NCBI RefSeq assembly: GCF_006345805.1
Contig: NC_042998.1
Location: forward strand, 125,860,001-125,924,000
Direction: 5' to 3'
DNA length: 64,000 nucleotides
Origin: Octopus sinensis
Lineage: Eukaryota
The notes under the pieces are model-generated. The model saw nothing but the letters and a program-made list of their open reading frames with translations, made no database searches and had not been told where the DNA came from. Each line of letters starts with the position of its first letter. Positions within the stretch are counted from its first letter, which is position 1. Below are positions 51,181 through 64,000 of the stretch, piece by piece. The position numbers were made by a program, and so were the translations under genes.

Positions 51181-51759
51181 GTGTGTCTGTGTGGGTCTGA
51201 GAGAGAGAGAGAGAGAGTGAGAGAGAAGGCACAAAAAAGGGGATATTACAGAGACGACTAACAATCATACAAAACAACACAATAAGGTTACATGGACAGG
51301 AGCGGGATGTGTTTCGTTTCGCCTGGTTTTGAAGTATATTGCGTTTTTTAAGACTGCGTCTTTAAAGGAGCCTTCTCCGGACAACATACCACAGCCTAAA
51401 AGCATTTAGGAACACACATACATTAAGTGACATTGATAAAAGAAAAATATAAGATTAAAAGTTAAAAAGTAGGGAATTTTAGCTACGTAAGGCATATCAG
51501 AGCAGTAAGATTGATTCATCTTCCTTTGGGTACTTCCGCAGTTGTGGTATCTATGTGAGTGTTGGTGGAATGAGCGACTATAGTAAGAGAAGGTGGTTCG
51601 CTCACATGTTGATCCAATTAATTGTCTGCAGAATATCTTTTATTTTCTTTTACATTGTAGTTGCTTTGCTTCTTTCTTTCTGAATTTTGTTCTTTTTCTT
51701 ATTTTCTCTTCAGCTTTTCTTTCAAACTAGGGATGGTCTCATACAATGCAGATCCCACT

Positions 51760-52625
51760 ACCACCACCACTACCACCACCACAACTACCAAGAACTACAA
51801 CAACAATAACAATAACAATTGAAATAAAATAGGCCAACACTAACTACCCCCATAACTCCACCACCCCATTTCCCTTCAGCCCCACAATCATCAGCCACCC
51901 ACTTCTCACATTCAACATGTACCAGCGACACCACCCGCCATGGTCGCTTCCGATGAATTCGCTGCCAAATGGCGCAACTACTGTCTCCACCTTCACCATC
52001 ACCACCATCACCGTTATCATCATCAGCAACAACAACAACAACAACAACAACAACGATAACAACAATACTTGCAGCTTTCCTTTCCAATATCACTGCCCCG
52101 AACCTTTAACCATCATCATTATCCTCACCAAAGCAACCACCGCCACTGACGCCAACACCATCACCAACAACGCTACCGCCACCACCACCACCACCACTAC
52201 CATCAGCATCATCAACACCATCACCATCAACACCACCACCATCAGCAGCAGCACCACCACCATCATCATCAACACCACCACCATCAACACCACCACCATC
52301 AACACCGCCACCATCAGCAGCGGCACCACCACCATCATCATCAACACCACCACCACCATCATCATCAACACCACCACCATCAGTAGCAGCACCGCCACCA
52401 TCATCACCAACACCATCACCATCAGCAGCAGCACCGCCACCATCATCATCAACACGACCACCATCATCACCAACACCACCATCATCACAAACACCATCAC
52501 TAACACTACCACCACCACCATCACAGCTTCTACCCATCGTCATCAGCCCACTTACAACACCTTATCACACAACTGTAAATAGCGTCACGAATATCACAAT
52601 TGTTACGACGACCACCAACAACAAC
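51760..52625. repeat. Compound CAC/CAT/AAC/AGC trinucleotide repeat
   Basis: Stop-free in several frames on both strands (Thr/Ile-, Val/Met- and Gly/Asp-rich ORFs). Confidence 0.9.
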
Positions 52626-52869
52626 AACACTGGCTATGTTCTCTCGTACATTTTCTCTTCCTCCATCTGAAGACACGCGCGCGCATGTATACTTACCATT
52701 ACTACTCAACATATCTCACAGTTCTTGGGTTAATATTTCAGGCCATCCATGGAAAGTCCCAAAGTTTTCTGCTGATTCTTTATATAGTGTATCCACTTAA
52801 CAACAGTTGCAATAAGCTTTCCGACCTTCATAAGGCTCAGAATGTCATTGATGTTGTTGTTGATGCTGC

Positions 52870-53092
52870 GGAGCTGGCAGCAACGTTAGCACGCCGGGCG
52901 AAATGCGTAGCCGTTTTTCGTCTGCCGTTACGTTGTGAGTTCAAATTCCGCCGAGGTCGACTTTGCATTTCATCCTTTCGGGGTCGATAAATTAAGTACC
53001 AGTTACGCACTGGCAATCGATATAATCGACTTAATCCGTTTGTCTGTCCTCTCTGTGTTTAGCCCCTTGTGGGTAGTAAAGAAATAGGTATT
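52870..53092 (+). mobile_element. S1 SINE
   Basis: Head, central domain and tail; ends at the start of the multimer junction sequence. Confidence 0.88.
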
Positions 53093-53094
53093 TT

Positions 53095-53515
53095 TTGGTT
53101 ATCTCACCCCCCCCCCATTAAAAAATTGGGTTATCTCCCCACACTAAAAAAATTGTTTAACCCTCAATACAACAACAACAAAATTATGAAAAAATTAATA
53201 AACATGAAAAGTGGAAAGACTAAACATCTTATTGAATCTGATAATATCTTTATAAAAAAATCATAGAAATAAATCATAGAAAACTGAAAAAATTAATAAA
53301 CATGAGAACAGAAAAATTAAACATCTTACAGAATCTGATAACATTTTTATACCATTCCTATTGAGGAGGCCAAAAGTCAACAATCTGTTGAAGTATTGAA
53401 TTAAAAGGATCTAACTCTTTTAACCCAATCTCTTATCGTTACATGAACACAACTTTTTAGTGGGGATATAACCCAATTTTTTAATGGCAATTTTTTAATG
53501 GGGGTGAAATAACTA
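53095..53515. mobile_element. MITE-like element with ~60-bp inverted termini and an internal ~65-bp duplication
   Basis: ccattaaaaaattgggttatctcccc… / …ggggatataacccaattttttaatgg. Confidence 0.7.
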
Positions 53516-53556
53516 ACAAGTACCGATGCTACTATTGTCGCCGTTGTTGTGATGGG

Positions 53557-53655
53557 TCTTCTTCTTCTTCTTCTTCTTCTTCTTCTTCTTCTTCTTCTTC
53601 TTCTTCTTCTTCTTCTTCTTCTTCTTCTTCTTCTTCTTCTTCTTCTTCCTCTTCC
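53557..53655. repeat. (TTC)n microsatellite
   Basis: Directly visible; source of the poly-E ORF. Confidence 0.95.
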
Positions 53656-54938
53656 TTTATAGCGTTGGCGGCGGTCGCTACTTTTATCCGGATGTAAACA
53701 AACCTACTCTGACGGATGCTGAAGAGAGTAAGTGACATTCTATTGGATAGCTTGACAGCAGAAAGAATAGGATATAGTTACAGATCGCTCCCAGGATCTG
53801 GATAGCCGGACACAAATAACAAAGTGACACAATTTTTGTAGGAAGCAAATTATTGCAGCCATCATCCACCATCACAGCATCAAAATATATTAACATTCTG
53901 CCTGTCCCATTGAATTTGGGAACTCACCAAAACCTTGGCATGGGAGGCTAGGGGTGTTATTAGCATTTGTCCAAGATGATACTTCGAGTTTTCAGAAAGA
54001 ATGGATGATTTAACGTTCTTTTTTGCAGGTTGATTCCAAGGAGTACCATACGCCGTATCCAACGGCTTTTCAACTATGATTATCCGTCTTTTATTCAGGT
54101 ATTCTACATTGAAGAAGATTTTGGGAGCTACTCGAAGCAGGTCGAGTGATTCCATAGTGTCTCTCTCATTAGCTCATTGTTAGTTAGATTGCCTGCTGAT
54201 ATTATAACCCTAGGTCAAGCCGATTCGGCTATCTGGAGATCACTGACCTGAATAAGATGAATATTTAATTAGGTATACTGTGTGTAATCGATACTCTCGA
54301 ATAATACAGGTGTTACCATTTCGTATTTTGTCTACAATGATTAAAAGTGAATTCGAATTGCTGAAGAATGTATAAAAACGTTACACCAAAGTGCAGTTAC
54401 TAACACTGCGGCGACGACTGTGCCTTTTGGTTACAATTATCAAAAGTACCATGTGACTTCCGGGTCACTAGTTTGATCTCAGTCGATCACTTTAAGAAAT
54501 GTTAAAAAGTAACTTTAATATATGAAAATGACTGACATGCAGTAGGATTTAAAGGAATGTTATCTGTTTATAAGTTTTGGGGTTTGTTACCGTCTGCAGT
54601 CGAATAGAACAGCAACATGTATTGCAACTGAATGGCGTCTCAAAGAACAAAATTTTATCAAATGAATGAAATAATTTCTGTAGATATTTTTTTAACGGGT
54701 CCCCCCCCCACCAACACCTAGGAGTTTTATTCTTGACTTTTGTCTGAGACTTTAAAATGTTGGAATGAAGTCACGTGTCACTTCCAATTCCCAAAATAAA
54801 TTTGTATGCTACAAACATCTCTTTCCAAGAATAAGTGGTTTGTAGCACACCCATATTACTCATCTGTGTGTGCATACATTTACACACATACACCATACAT
54901 ATGCGGTATGGCTCTGTGTGTGCGTGTGTGTGTGTGTG

Positions 54939-54989
<51 letters not shown>

Positions 54990-55499
54990 AGTGAGCGACT
55001 GCATGTCGGAGGAAGGGTGATCAGAGACAGACTGACAGATCATGTATATGATGGAGATCAAATTTATGAGAAAACACGTTAGAGTCTGGAGACACAAATT
55101 ATATATGTTATATATATATATATATAAATTCATTGCTACATCTTCCCTCCTGTAAAATTAAACTAAAAAAAAAAAACTATTGTCAACCGGAAGTCAGCAC
55201 ATTCTTCTTATAACGTTTCTTGAGTGGTTGGAAACGTCATTAAGTTTGCAGATATTGTGAATAATGTGTGCCGCTACTGTTATGATTTGTATTGTTATAA
55301 GGCTTCATTGGGATGGGTGATGTGCCGGGTTTATTTTTCAAACCTTTAAAGAAGTTTCTTGTGTTCAAGGTTTAGTCGGACAAATCTCCCCCAGAACATT
55401 TTTTTTTAGTCTGGCAATTATTCTATTGGTCACTTTTGCCCAACACATTTTGTTAAGTGGTGGGTAGAGTGACGAACACAAACGCGCGCGTGCACACAC

Positions 55500-55606
55500 A
55501 CACACAGTTTTCTTTTACCAAAATCACTCACAAGGCATTGGTTGACCCGAAGCTATAGTAGAGGACACTTACTCAATGTGCAACGCAGCAAGACTAAACC
55601 CGCAGC

Positions 55607-55658
<52 letters not shown>

Positions 55659-55834
55659 CTTTTTACTTGTTTCAGTGATCTGACTGCGGCCATGGACGTA
55701 TTCTTTGTAAGCCTAGTACTTATTCTATCGGTCCCTTTGCCGAACCGCTAAGTTACGGGCACGTAAACACACCTACATCGATTGCCAAGCGATGGTGGCG
55801 GGAGACTAGCATAGGTACACATACAAATATACAC

Positions 55835-55880
<46 letters not shown>

Positions 55881-56128
55881 CTGCATATGTATTATTGGCG
55901 ATTTTCTTTCTCCATCTTCCCTTCTTTGGACTTTTTCTATATTTCTGACGAAGAATTTCACGTTTCGAGCTGTTGTATTTGGTTTGTTTACTGCAATAAA
56001 GATTAACTGGATACAAAATACAATAGCTCGAAATTCTCCTTTTTTCTTTCCTTTCCTGAGTGTCCAATAACACTATACTTGTTCCATGTCCTCGTGTTGT
56101 TGTGTTTTCTCTTTGTTCATGTTTGGAT

Positions 56129-56183
<55 letters not shown>

Positions 56184-56305
56184 GACAGGCTTCTTTCAGT
56201 TTCCATCTACCAAATCCACTCACACTTGCTCAAGGTGCTACACAGTGAGACTGAACTCGGAATCGTGTGGTTGGGAAGGAAGCTTCTGACCACACAGCCA
56301 TGCCT
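55500..56305. mobile_element. Rearranged S2 SINE pieces (minus strand) around a Penelope-like pLTR fragment (55900-56135, plus strand)
   Basis: S2 motifs at 55510-55600, 55660-55830 and 56180-56305; pLTR motifs tttctgacgaaga and ttcctgagtgtccaataa. Confidence 0.7.
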
Positions 56306-56424
56306 AGAGAGAGGGAAGAGAGAGAGAGAAAGAGAGAGAGAGGGAAGAGAGAGATGCATCATATGTGTGTTTGCATGCGCACATATATGTGTGTGTTTCT
56401 GTCTGTCTATATGCATAAATATAC

Positions 56425-56485
<61 letters not shown>

Positions 56486-56493
56486 ACCACACC

Positions 56494-56551
<58 letters not shown>

Positions 56552-57500
56552 GCACACATACACGCATATACATATCTGGGAGCGTAAAGAAGGAAACGAA
56601 TTGATATATTTCTGAAGGAAGGAAGATGAAAAGAAGAACTGAAGCCACCTATTGGTACATTAACGCATTCATCACTGCACTATGCGGTTTCAACATATTT
56701 TTCTTGGACACGTGCAGCTTGTATCTCGTGTTTCTGTCCTGATCCTCGATTCAAATAAACCATTAAGTCGCTTCCTCATTGCGTAATACTGAAAGTAGAG
56801 AATTCCTCCAATTTTCCTCTAATTTTCTCAGCTCATTTAAAGGAACATGTTTCACTTAAATTTAACAAGTCCAATTAAATCATATTAATAGTTGGTTAAC
56901 TTAGGATATTTTCTGAAGAATATCGGAATAATATTTGAATGAATGTACAACACCTTTGGAAAAGTGAAGCTAAATATAAACAGCTACTCCGATTCAGAGC
57001 ATGATATATATACACACACACACACATACACATACACATACACATACACATTAAGTACAGGACAAAATACCAAAAGAAGTCTATCTCATATATATAAAGT
57101 ATGGGGATTTAGTTCACAGGTGATCTAAACGATTAGGTACGCTAGGTAAGTGCTGTAATTGGATTACTGAGGCTTTCTATTTACTCTCTATTTCTTTTCT
57201 TTTCTTTACTTTTACCAAATAATAGCCACCTCCGCTACCGTTTTGTTATTGAACGTTGATATGCTCGCGTCTTTTTCTTGGGATGTCTGCTATATCAGGA
57301 CTTTAACCCACATGGATAAACGTAGGATTGCACCTAAAAACTTGTGCTCTGGTTTCTATAACTTCAAAAAGTTGAACTATGAACTTTTATGCTTCTTTTT
57401 CTTCTCTCTTTCCATCTCCTTATCTTTTACTCCCTTCCTCTATTTTGTCATCTTATTGATATATACCATTCTCATTTTCCATATTTTTTTGCCCCAATTT

Positions 57501-57556
57501 GTCTCTGATGACGGAATATCCCATACTCGGGGATATCCCAGAAGCAGCTGTAAGAT
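57501..57556 (+). ncRNA. Hammerhead motif with canonical CUGAUGA, long stem II and an A15.1G change
   Basis: GTCT-CTGATGA-C-GGAATATCCC(ATACTC)GGGGATATCC-CA-GAAG-CAGCTG-TA-AGAT. Confidence 0.55.
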
Positions 57557-57643
57557 CTTGAATTTCTTCTTGTAATAATTTTGTATACGACTTGAGATAT
57601 TTGTTAAACGTCTTGCTAAACAATTATATATACGTACATATAT

Positions 57644-58030
57644 TCTCTTTACTCTTTTATTTGTTTCAGTCATTTGACTGCGGCCATGCTGGAGCAAATC
57701 GACCCCAGGACTTATTCTTTGTAAGCCTAGTACTTATTCTATCGGTCTCTTTTGCCGAACTGCTAAGTTACGGGGACGTAAACACACCAGCATCGGTTGT
57801 CAAGTGATGCTGGGGGGACAAACGCAGACACACAAACATATACACACATACACACACATATATACATATATACGACGGGCTTCTTTCAGTTTCCGTCTAC
57901 CAAATCCACTCACAAGGCTTTGGTCGGCCCGAGGCTATAGTAGAAAACAGTTGCACAAAATCCACGCAGTGTGACTGAACCCAGAACCATGTGGTTCGTT
58001 AGCAAGCTACTTACCACACAGCCACTTCTA
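57644..58030 (-). mobile_element. S2 CORE-like SINE
   Basis: Reverse complement of 30632-31053. Confidence 0.88.
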
Positions 58031-59299
58031 TCGCGTATAGAGATTTTATAACTAGCCACTTGCCTTGCTGCAAGATCAGCGGTTGTGTGTTGCTTGTTTG
58101 TTTATATATTGCGAACTTGAACGAACGACTGTCATGTCTAGCAGACAGGTATAACCAGTGCCAAGGAAGGATAATACCCAGAAAAAAGCTGGTCTATTAG
58201 TTCCTGTCAACGCTGGATGGGAGTTGTTCGTTCCCTTGTTTGCAATATAATGGACACGGGTAGTGTGTCGTTAACCAACCATAAACTAATGAAGTTCATT
58301 ACATAACCTTTACTTTCTTCTGGTGTCATCTCTTTGTTCTCATGTGTGTGTGTGTGTGTGTGGTGTGTGTGTGTGTGTGTGTGTGTATTATAATTAATGA
58401 TACTTCATTTCAGCTATGACTAGTGTCTCAGTATTGTAGCTATGAATCTTTTCATGAGTCAAAAAAAAAAAAATATGCTGCTGGGGAAAAGGTTTGTAAT
58501 AGCAACTCCATCAAATATCTTCTACCGAGCAACTGAAGAGCTGTACGGGGTTATTCAATTTGCTAAAAGTAGCCGTCAAATTACATCCGATCGTCTCAGA
58601 AAAAGAAGGACACAGTAGATTATGTAGTTAAAGTTACATTATGTCTAAATAAAAGGCAGAATGATCATGGCTGGAGGCTCTTTGAACATAGAAATGTGCT
58701 CAGTCAGTCAACTTGAAGCAACAGCAAGAAAAACCTCAACAGTAGTAGATGCTACGTAACGCAATGAGTGAGAAGTTACTTTTATCCTTCTATTATCCTA
58801 GAGCTGCAAGACTTTGGGAGTATATTACTGATCATGTGTCCTAGATGGAACGAATTATCTGTCTCAATATTTGGAATGGTGTCAGTAGAAATAGTAAACC
58901 ATGAAATAAATGTATTGCAATATTATAAGTTCTGGGTTTAGATCCCACTAACGCTAACTTTATATTTCATTGCCCTGGGGTCGATAAAATAAATGTTGAT
59001 AATATACTGGGATTGATTTACGACTTATTTTAAGGCAGTATTTGTTCTAGCTTTTGCGCTTTGAGTTCAACCCTATCAAGGTCAACATTGACTTTCATCT
59101 TTCACTGTCGCTAAATAAAGTACCAGTTCAGAGCTCTGGGTTCAGTATCACCACCTATTGCCAGAAAAAACATCAGTGACAGGAACTGAGATCGACAGAT
59201 AATATCAGCAACTGAAAATCAATGGAACCATGGATTCCTTGATTTGATCCGAAGATCGGCTGTTGAGCGATGATATAACATATTTCCCCCTAATTTAGT

Positions 59300-60290
59300 G
59301 TCATAAAAATCTCAGGATCTTTTCTGTTTGGTTGCCAGCGGCTACCAGCGTAAATTTTCTGTTCAAATTGATTTCATATTCAGTGTAATGATACACTTTT
59401 ATAGGTGTATCATTAAATAAAGAGTTATTAGTAATTAGGGTTGAAAATTTTGGTAATTTTAGCCAATCGTAAGCCACAGACACATTCATGTCTGTTTCGA
59501 TAGTAACAAGAACTCTCCTTTTTGCCATAGTAACAAGACCTCGCCTTTTTGCCATAGTAACAGTCTTTGAAAAGTCTGCGAGGAAGCTCGTGTTGACAGC
59601 AGTCAACCGAGGAAGGGTCCTACCTGAGCAGTGGGTTTTCGGAGGTCTGTGTCGCGAGATCAAGTAGGTTTTTCTGTATGTATGTTTAAATTGTAATTAA
59701 ACATATTTAAATTGTTTGTTTAATGTTTGTTTCTTTCTGTCATTGAGCATTGAGATGGTTGTGGGGTGTGCTAAAAGTAACAGCTAAAGAAGTTTTTTCG
59801 ATAAATCTTTTCAATTAAAGTTTATTTGCCAACATCCCGTTTAGAAATTTAAAACTATTTTATTTTTTTTTAATTTACATAAACATTTATTTACACGAAA
59901 GAAAATTACCGGCGAACATGCGTGCTAAAAATAACAACGAAATAAAATTTATTTACATGAAAAAAAAAAATTACCCGTGACATAACACGTGTTGTTTACA
60001 AGTATTGATTACACGTGCTATTTTCAGGATGTTGACGACAAAATGTGAAGTCACATACAAAATGATTGCTTCCAAATCCTGTTTCCTTACAGGGTGAAAA
60101 TGATCAAACTTTAAACCTCTAAAACTTTTTAAAAACATTTTTCTGGAAAAAATGAAATAACTCCAACAATTCAGTTTCGGCGTGTGTATTATTATTATTG
60201 TGCCAATTTAAAAATTTTCGGTAAACCTTAATTTTTGGAGCCACTGGCAACCAAACGGAAAAGATCCAAATCTCAAAATGGACGTAACGA
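59300..60290. mobile_element. Non-autonomous element sharing internal blocks with 49150-49660, with its own ~27-bp inverted termini
   Basis: ggatcttttctgtttggttgccagcggct / agccactggcaaccaaacggaaaagatcc; 59860-60205 resembles 49350-49660. Confidence 0.6.
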
Positions 60291-60879
60291 CTGCAAAATT
60301 GAGTTTCTGTGATTTCTTACTGTAGCTAATAAGATCAATTAGATAATCATTTGGAACCAATCGATGATAGAATGAGAGGGTGAGAGGACAGGGCGGGGAA
60401 TGGAGAAGAAAGGCAAATGTCAACGAAATCCCATTATAGATAGTAGAGGATTTAGTAAATACGGTAAAATCGACGTGGCTTAATTGCTGAAGCTTAGCTT
60501 AAAAAGACATTTCTGATGTGAATTGTAGTTTAGTGTAGTTTAGGAAAAGAACTTAAAATTTTATTTTTGGTGGCGTGGGGTAGGGGATTACTATGTGTTG
60601 TTATATAATATATTTCACATCGATTTTTTTTTTAAATGGAGAATATCGCCAATACTATTTATCTAATTCTGAATTGCAAAGTTTTCCCGAACTGATACTT
60701 AACCTTGGTTTCAATAGCATTAAGCAGGGGAGAAATAAATCTGTCCATCACGATATGACACTCTTTTAATCTTTTTGAGAAATCGAACACAGTCACTAAT
60801 TTACTCGTCAATTCCATCCCTTCCTTATTTAGCAGTGAATTATACCAATATAGGAGGAGGAGGAGGAGGAGGAGGAGAG

Positions 60880-61075
60880 GGCGGCGAGTTGGCAAAATTG
60901 TTACCGCACTGGAAAAAATGCTCAGCGGTATTTCTTCCCGTTCTTTACGTTCTGAGTTCAAATTCTACCGAGGTAGACTATGCCCTTTTATCCTGTAAGG
61001 AGCTATGAAATAAGTACCAGTTTGAGCATTCCACCTTCAAAATTGCTGGCCTTGTGCCAAAATTAGAAAAAAGAA
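60880..61075 (+). mobile_element. S1 SINE, diverged
   Basis: ggcggcgagttggcaaaattgtta…gagttcaaattct…ggccttgtgccaaaatt. Confidence 0.75.
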
Positions 61076-62999
61076 ATATTTTATATATGGGAGTTGCCGG
61101 AACCCCTTCAAAGGCCTGGCGACGTCTAATTAAAGAATAATTATTTAATATCAAGATCTCTTCCGCCGTAGTCACCGCCATCAGCATCAGTAGCAATACC
61201 AGTAGCAGCAGCATCACACCCTACCACATGACCCCTCAATCATTACCATTACCAACACCAAACCATGTGAATTACGGCCATCATCGTTATTGCGATCACC
61301 GCCATCGTCATCGTCATCATCACAAACACAAGCTCACCGGCTAATTGCGACACCAGCACCAGTTCTAGCACAGTTATTCTATATATTGTTGGCGGGGAGA
61401 TGAATCGCTACTATCTCTAGTGATCGAGCATCCGTCATTGACAAGAACAAGGAAGGTCGAAATCACGTGATCTAGTGGTCTCGGTGCTGGAGGTGGCGGA
61501 GATTTATCTCCCAGTTAGCAATATAAACAGAAGTGCATTTTGCACCAAAAGCCAATATGAGAAGTTCTCTCGTGGTAACTCCCGCAGTATAGTTTGTTCC
61601 GATAGAACTTCCATGTTTGAGCGGGGATAAATAATTATCGTCCTTCTCATTTTGTACTCACCAAAACAATCGTCATTACTAACACCACAACGACTACCTT
61701 CAACAATCCCACCCACTTCATCATCATTAGCAGCAGCGACAACAACAGTAGTAGTAGCAGCATCGGCAGTAGCAGCGGTAGTAGAACCAACAGCGGGGCA
61801 TTCTCTTATAGGACGTTCTCTTAAAAGTCTGTGCTCACTCAAGAGTGAGAGGCATGTAAGGCAGTGAATAAAACTATATGTATTGAAGCTCCTCAACCAT
61901 TGACGTATTTCTCGGTGAGAGCTCTGTAGGGCGTTGTTTTAACACGTTCCAGTATCGTCATGCTTGGATGATCTGTAAATATAGGGTGAGAAAGCGCGTT
62001 GGAATGAGGTAACGAGGAAAATAATGAAAGAAGTGGAACAGAATAAAAGAAATAGAGGGAAGAGGTGGAGCAGATAGAGAGAGAGATGCAGTGTAATACA
62101 TACATGCATGCATGTATACATACATACATACATACATACATACATACATACATACATACATACATACATACATACATACATACATACATACATACATACA
62201 TACACACACGCTCATATCTATGTATGTATGTATGTATGTATGTATGGATGGATGGATGGATGTATAAGTAAAAAGTGAGGATAAAAGAAAGACAGAAGGG
62301 GAAAGGTGAGAGCTTAGTGTTAAACTATTTTAGGGAATCTGATATTGGTGTCTCACACCGGCACAGAACTACAAATTTGTAGATGAAACATATTTATAAC
62401 CGATTGATTAGAGGGCAGTTCAGGAATTGCACTTATTTCATAAATCCCGGCGGGAGGGGAAAACACTTGTAGGGATTTGTAAAAATTTAATTTCAGAACG
62501 TTGACAGGACGAAACTAAATACTATAATGGAATTGTTTATGTCGATACTTTGCCATTTCTGTCATACTAGCGATTTTAGAATTTAAAATCTAATTATTTT
62601 TAACATTGGCACAATATCGCACATTATATGGATTTCAATTGTTAATTGGTAATTACATTATATCGGCAGCAGATGAATGAAGATGAAGTCAGTCGTGGTC
62701 AGATTTGAATATTAGAAGCGAAATGTAAAGAACTTATTGACTTCGACAACAATTGTTAAGTACGAAAAATAAAATTTAGATCGCGACATTCCACCGATTC
62801 TAAAAATCTATCCTATACCTTATTAAATTTAATATATGAAAAAGTTTTGACATCTTCTATAGTTTTGATATAAAGGTACCTCTTTTATAGGCTGATGTCG
62901 AATTCGAACACGAAACGCAAAGGTAACTAAATGCTGCAAGGCATTTTGTTTGATGCTCTACTGGTGGTGCCATCTTCTATCCTATTACTGATTTAGTTT

Positions 63000-63330
63000 T
63001 AGCTTAGTTTAACCGTCCTCCCGAACGCTTCAATGATTTCATGCGAGCACGCCATCCATCACCGTCCTCTGTGCTTGTTCTGAACTCGTCAACATTTGCC
63101 ATTCCGCTGTCCTAAAGCAAGTTGTCCACATAGGTAAGATCTTTTTCTTCCCCTGTTAATCTTTCTTTAACTGACTGACATAAGACCAGTTGACGCACAG
63201 GTCCTCCTGGGTGCTTGATACAATAGCCAGCAATTCTCATTCATCTCTGCTGAATCTTTTCATAACTCGAAGAGCCAAAATAATGACTTCTTATGAGCAC
63301 CTGATTCGGAAAGGGTGTTTTTTTATCTCA
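63000..63330 (-). mobile_element. RTE-X-like LINE 3' remnant
   Basis: IQQR*MRIAGYCIKHP…LVL…LTYVDNLL*DSGM…EFRTSTEDGDGWR. Confidence 0.65.
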
Positions 63331-63811
63331 AGTTTTTTTTTGTTATGTATACATATATGTATGCATTTTTACATAAATTTACACATGTGATGTTCATACG
63401 TTATCGATGAACGTCATACTTGGATAATAAAATTTGAAGAATAAAAGATTGCACAAAGAATGAAGAAAAGACCTTTCCTCCTTTCATAATCTGTTTTCTT
63501 CAGAGCCTTGCCAGGTGGCGGGTCAAAATATATACTAAAACTTCAACAACGTAGAGAATATGAACATGCATGCATGCATGCATACATACATACATACATA
63601 CATACATACATACATACATACATACATACATACATACATACATACATACATACATACATAATTAGTAAACATGAGAATAATGCCAACATTGAACGGAAAC
63701 ATAATCCCTCTAGTTTTGAAGATTACATTTTTGCGACCCAATAACAAACATAACAACAAAACACCTGTTTAAAAAGGAACTACCTAAGCCGGAAAAAATG
63801 TTAAATATAAT

Positions 63812-64000
63812 AGGCGCAAACGTAGCTGTGTGGTAAGTTTCCTTACTAACCACATGGTTCCGGGTTCAGTCTCACTGCGTGGCACTTTGGTCAAGTGTTT
63901 TCTACTATAGTTTCGGGCCGACCATAGCCTTGTGAATGAATTTAGTAAACGTGAACTGAAAGAAGCCCGCCTTATATATAAATATGTGTGTGTGTGTGTT
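63812..64000 (+). mobile_element. S2 CORE-like SINE 5' half (runs off the window)
   Basis: aggcgc…gctgtgtggtaag…gggttcagtctcactgcgtggcactttggtcaagtg. Confidence 0.85.

Noticed and set aside
51917-52582. 221-aa Thr/Ile/Asn-rich ORF as a mucin-like gene
   Set aside because: It is a trinucleotide mosaic that is stop-free in several frames on both strands, with no signal peptide or recognisable domain.

Overview
This 64-kb window is eukaryotic, AT-rich and microsatellite-rich. I found no supportable host gene; most listed ORFs are translations of simple repeats, and the recognisable ones are decayed transposon fragments. The SINE families point to an octopus-type (coleoid cephalopod) genome (inference from memory). 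Contents: (i) a 6.8-kb head-to-tail array of seven R4/Dong-like non-LTR retrotransposon copies separated by (TAA)n tracts; (ii) a (TA)n-hosted island of fold-back elements, a 247-bp near-perfect palindrome, and a Helitron containing a piggyBac remnant; (iii) mariner, hAT, MULE-like, CR1, RTE, Tx1 and Gypsy remnants; (iv) many tRNA-derived SINEs, some as multimers with a fixed junction. The most interesting signal is a set of minimal type-I hammerhead-ribozyme-like motifs with palindromic stem III, the architecture known from Penelope-like elements. Across repeat families the core 3-8 pair appears as C3-G8, U3-A8 and A3-U8, and stems I and II covary. The A3-U8 form lies in a non-coding ~1-kb repeat that occurs in tandem and inverted copies at 21.9-26.9 kb. 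All alignments were done by eye; boundaries marked ~ are approximate.
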